DNA of 64,000 nucleotides from an uncultured Candidatus Rokubacteria bacterium (GTDB lineage Bacteria; Methylomirabilota; Methylomirabilia; Rokubacteriales; DASRDR01), in assembly GCA_963708025.1 (NCBI GenBank), contig CAVPSB010000012.1, forward strand, positions 160,001-224,000, read 5' to 3'. The notes below the pieces were generated by a model, which had not been told where the DNA came from, did no database searches, and saw only the letters and a list, made by a program, of their open reading frames with translations. Shown here one piece after another: positions 61,141-64,000 of this stretch. Every line of letters starts with the position of its first letter. Position 1 is the first letter of the stretch. The translations under genes and the position numbers were made by a program.

Positions 61141-62280
61141 CCGTCCTCGCGCTCGCGGTCGTGCTCGGGCTGGCCGGCGTCACCGTGCTGGTGGCGGCGA
61201 ATCTTCGGATCTTCCGCCCGGCGCCGCCGGCGCTCCCCGATCCGCCGCCGGTGTCGATCCTGATCCCGGCCCGCGACGAGGCGGCCGGGATCGAGGCGGC
61301 CGCGCGCGCGGCGTGCGCGCAGACCGCGCCGGCGGTCGAGGTCGTGGTGCTGGACGACGGCTCCACCGACGGGACCGCGGAGATCCTGGCCCGCCTGGCG
61401 GCCGAGCTGCCCCGGCTCCGCGTCGTGACCGGCGCGGAACTCCCGCCCGGGTGGGCGGGGAAGGCCTGGGCCTGCTGGCAGCTCGCCTCCCGGCACGCCC
61501 GTCACGACTGGCTCCTCTTCATCGACGCCGACGTCCGGCTCGCCCACGATGCGGCGGCCCGCGCGCTGGCGGCGGCCCGGGCCCAGGACGCGGTCTTCGT
61601 CTCCGCGTTCCCCCGCCAGGAGACGAAGAGCGCGGGCGAGGCGCTGCTCGTCCCACTCGTCTACCTGGTGCTCCTCGCGTACCTGCCGATGGCGCTGATC
61701 CGCCGCCTCCCGATGCCGAGCCTCTCGGCGGCCTGCGGCCAGTTCATGCTGGTCCAGCGCGCCGCCTACCTGGCGGCCGGCGGTCACCAGGCGGTGCCGG
61801 CGACCCTCCACGACGGCCTGAAGCTCGCGCGGCGGATGAAGGCCGCCGGCTTCCCGGTCGGGCTCTTCGACGGCGGCGACATCGCGACGTGCCGCATGTA
61901 CGCCGGCTTCCGCGCGACCTGGCGCGGCTTCGCGCGCAACGCCTACGAGGCCCTCGGCTCCCCGGCCGCGCTCGCGACGATGGTGGTGCTCAACGGTGCC
62001 TTCTTCGTGCTACCCTTCGTCGCGCTACCGGTCGCGATCCTGACCGGCGCCGGCGTCGTGGCCACCGCGAGCTGGGGAATGGCGGCGGCGCTGGCCCTCG
62101 GGATCCGCGCCGCGCTGACGGTTCGCTTCGGGATCCCGGCGTGGACGGTCCTCGCCACCCCGGTGGCGGTCGCGTTCGATGATCGGCATTCAGCTCCACT
62201 CATTCGTGAGACACGCCACCGGACGGCCGGTGGTCTGGCGCGCGCGGGCCTATTCGAGCGCCGTCCGAGGAAAGGGTTAG
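61137..62280 (+). CDS. GT2 glycosyltransferase (CrtQ/CruC-like); frameshift near 62178
   Basis: SILIPARDE, LDDGSTD, LPPGWAGK, FIDAD, CGQF and CRMY. A 1-nt repair gives ...VVWRARAY...KG* ending at 62280. Confidence 0.85.
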
Positions 62281-62284
62281 TTTC

Positions 62285-63820
62285 ATGTCACGGACGATCG
62301 TCGTGGGAGCCGGGCTGGGCGGCCTGTCGGCCGCGATCCGCCTGGCGGCGGCAGGGTGGCAGGTCTCGGTGTACGAGAAGAACGGCCAGCCGGGCGGGCG
62401 CATGAGCACCGTGTCGGCGGGCGGCTACACCTGGGACGTCGGCCCGACCCTCATCATGATGCCCGAGGTGCTGCGCGAGCTGTTCGAGGCCGCCGGCCGG
62501 CGGCTCGAGGACTACGTCGAGCTGCGGCCCGTGGACCCGTACTACCGGGTGGCCTTCGAGGAGGGCGGGCACCTCGACTTCTCGGGGCACCTGCCCACCA
62601 TGCTGGCGAACCTGGAGGCGCTCGAGCCGGGCGCGGGCGCCGGGTACCTGCGCTTCCTGGCCCAGGCCGAGCGCCTCTCGCGCGTGACGCGGACCTCCAT
62701 CATCGGGCGCGCCTACGACGGCCTGCGCGACCTGAGGCGCCTGAACGTCCTCGCGTCGCTCCTGCGCGCCCGGCCGTTCGGCAGCGTGGCCTCGACGGTG
62801 GCCGCCCACTTCACGCGGCCGGAGCTGCGGCGCGCCTTCTCGTTCCAGACGCTCTACCTGGGGACGCGGCCGGAGGAGACCCCGGCCGCCTACGTCATGA
62901 TTCCCTTCGTCGAGGCCACGCTCGGCGTCTGGTATCCCCGGGGTGGCGTGCATCGCATCGCCCTGGCGATGGCGCGCCTGGCCCGGGAGCTGGGGGTCGA
63001 GCTCCACCTGGACACGCCGGTGGCGGAGATCCTCACCGAGGGACGCCGGGCGGTCGGGGTCCGCCTGGCGCGCGGCGAGGTCGAGCGGGCCGAGGTGGTC
63101 GTCTCCAACGCCGAGTGGGGCTACACCCAGCAGCACCTCCTGGCCGGCGGCGAGCGGGTGAACGGCCGGCGTTACGGCTGCTCGGGGGTCCTCTTCCTGC
63201 TGGCCGTCCGCGGTCCCGTCGAGGGGCCGCATCACACGTTCATCCTCTCGGGCGACTTCGACGGCAACCTGGCCGACATCTTCCAGCACCGCCGGCTCCC
63301 GGCGGCGCCGTCGATCTACGTCTCGCGGGCGACGGCGAGCGATCCCGAGCTGACCGGGGACGGCGTGGAGCTGCTCTACGTCCTGGTGCCGTGCCCGACC
63401 CTCGAGAGCGAGGTGGACTGGGCCCGGGAGCTGCCGGGGTTCCGCAAGGTCGTCTTCGATCGGCTCACCCGGGTGGGCATCGACGGGCTCGACGGGCGCA
63501 TCGTCGCCGAGACGGTGCTGACCCCCGAGGACTTCGCGACGCGCTACAATCTCGTCAACGGCTCGGCGTTCGGGCTGGCCGCGACCCTCTTCCAGTCGGG
63601 GCCGTTTCGCCCGACCATCCGCTCGGCGCGTTACGCGAACCTCTTTCACGCGGGCGCCAGCTCGCATCCCGGGGGCGGCGTCCCGATCGTCATGCTCTCC
63701 GGCCGGCTGGTGGCCGAGGCGGTGGAGCGCGAGTTCGGCGCGGTCCGGGAGCGGGCGGCCGGCCGCGTCGCGGCCGGCGTGGCCAAGGCGGGGGCATGGT
63801 CCGGCGCCGCCTCGTCGTAG
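62285..63820 (+). CDS. crtI: Phytoene/diapophytoene desaturase (CrtI/CrtN family)
   Basis: VVGAGLGGLSAA, WDVGPT, FSFQTLYLG, WYPRGG, GSAFGL, QSGPFRP and HPGGGVPIV motifs. Confidence 0.9.
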   Translation: MSRTIVVGAGLGGLSAAIRLAAAGWQVSVYEKNGQPGGRMSTVSAGGYTWDVGPTLIMMPEVLRELFEAAGRRLEDYVELRPVDPYYRVAFEEGGHLDFSGHLPTMLANLEALEPGAGAGYLRFLAQAERLSRVTRTSIIGRAYDGLRDLRRLNVLASLLRARPFGSVASTVAAHFTRPELRRAFSFQTLYLGTRPEETPAAYVMIPFVEATLGVWYPRGGVHRIALAMARLARELGVELHLDTPVAEILTEGRRAVGVRLARGEVERAEVVVSNAEWGYTQQHLLAGGERVNGRRYGCSGVLFLLAVRGPVEGPHHTFILSGDFDGNLADIFQHRRLPAAPSIYVSRATASDPELTGDGVELLYVLVPCPTLESEVDWARELPGFRKVVFDRLTRVGIDGLDGRIVAETVLTPEDFATRYNLVNGSAFGLAATLFQSGPFRPTIRSARYANLFHAGASSHPGGGVPIVMLSGRLVAEAVEREFGAVRERAAGRVAAGVAKAGAWSGAASS

Positions 63821-64000
63821 GCCTCGCGCTGGCGCTCGCGATGACGGGGGTGGCCGGGGCGCGCCCGTCGGTCCTCCCGAGCCTGGTCCTCGAGGACCAG
63901 GAGGAGCGGAAGCTCGACCTCGACGGGCTGCGCGGCCGCACCGTGGTCGTGGTCTACGGCGGGCGCGCCGGCGTCGAGCACCACGTGGCGTGGGGCAAGC
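63796..64000 (+). CDS. Partial secreted protein, redoxin/thioredoxin-like N-terminus
   Basis: MVRRRLVVGLALALAM...LPSLVLEDQEERKLDLDGLRGRTVVVVY; runs off the window. Confidence 0.55.
   Translation, partial: MVRRRLVVGLALALAMTGVAGARPSVLPSLVLEDQEERKLDLDGLRGRTVVVVYGGRAGVEHHVAWGK

Overview
Very GC-rich bacterial DNA (roughly 70% by eye). Gene content suggests an uncultured soil lineage such as Ca. Rokubacteria; this is an inference only. No rRNA, tRNA, CRISPR array or transposase was found. Left to right: (1) an NtrC-type sigma-54 activator, a sigma-54 promoter with tandem palindromic sites, and a ~12-kb type-IV-pilus-like chemosensory operon (PilH-like receiver, YeiH transporter, CheW, Tat-exported binding protein, MCP, 2xHpt CheA-receiver hybrid, pseudo-receiver, receiver-Roadblock fusion, membrane protein with Roadblock-like repeats); (2) two methyltransferases and an HdeD-metallophosphoesterase fusion; (3) an AroM-DUF917-hydantoinase/oxoprolinase operon whose junctions carry G-rich repeats and a 7-unit ~92-bp tandem array of stop/start-overlapping mini-ORFs; (4) MltF, a MASE1 kinase and FixJ-like regulators; (5) an EamA transporter and Lhr helicase; (6) a heavily frameshifted CoxS/CoxL-like pair, a truncated DUF433/DUF5615 toxin-antitoxin pair abutting an adenylate-cyclase remnant, secreted proteins and an NRPS remnant; (7) a minus-strand operon resembling oxidative pyrimidine catabolism (BMP-ABC uptake, deaminase, barbiturase/AtzD family, Mo-hydroxylase), interrupted by a PIF1 helicase and VapBC; (8) the start of a C30-like carotenoid cluster. 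Many single-base frameshifts suggest assembly errors.
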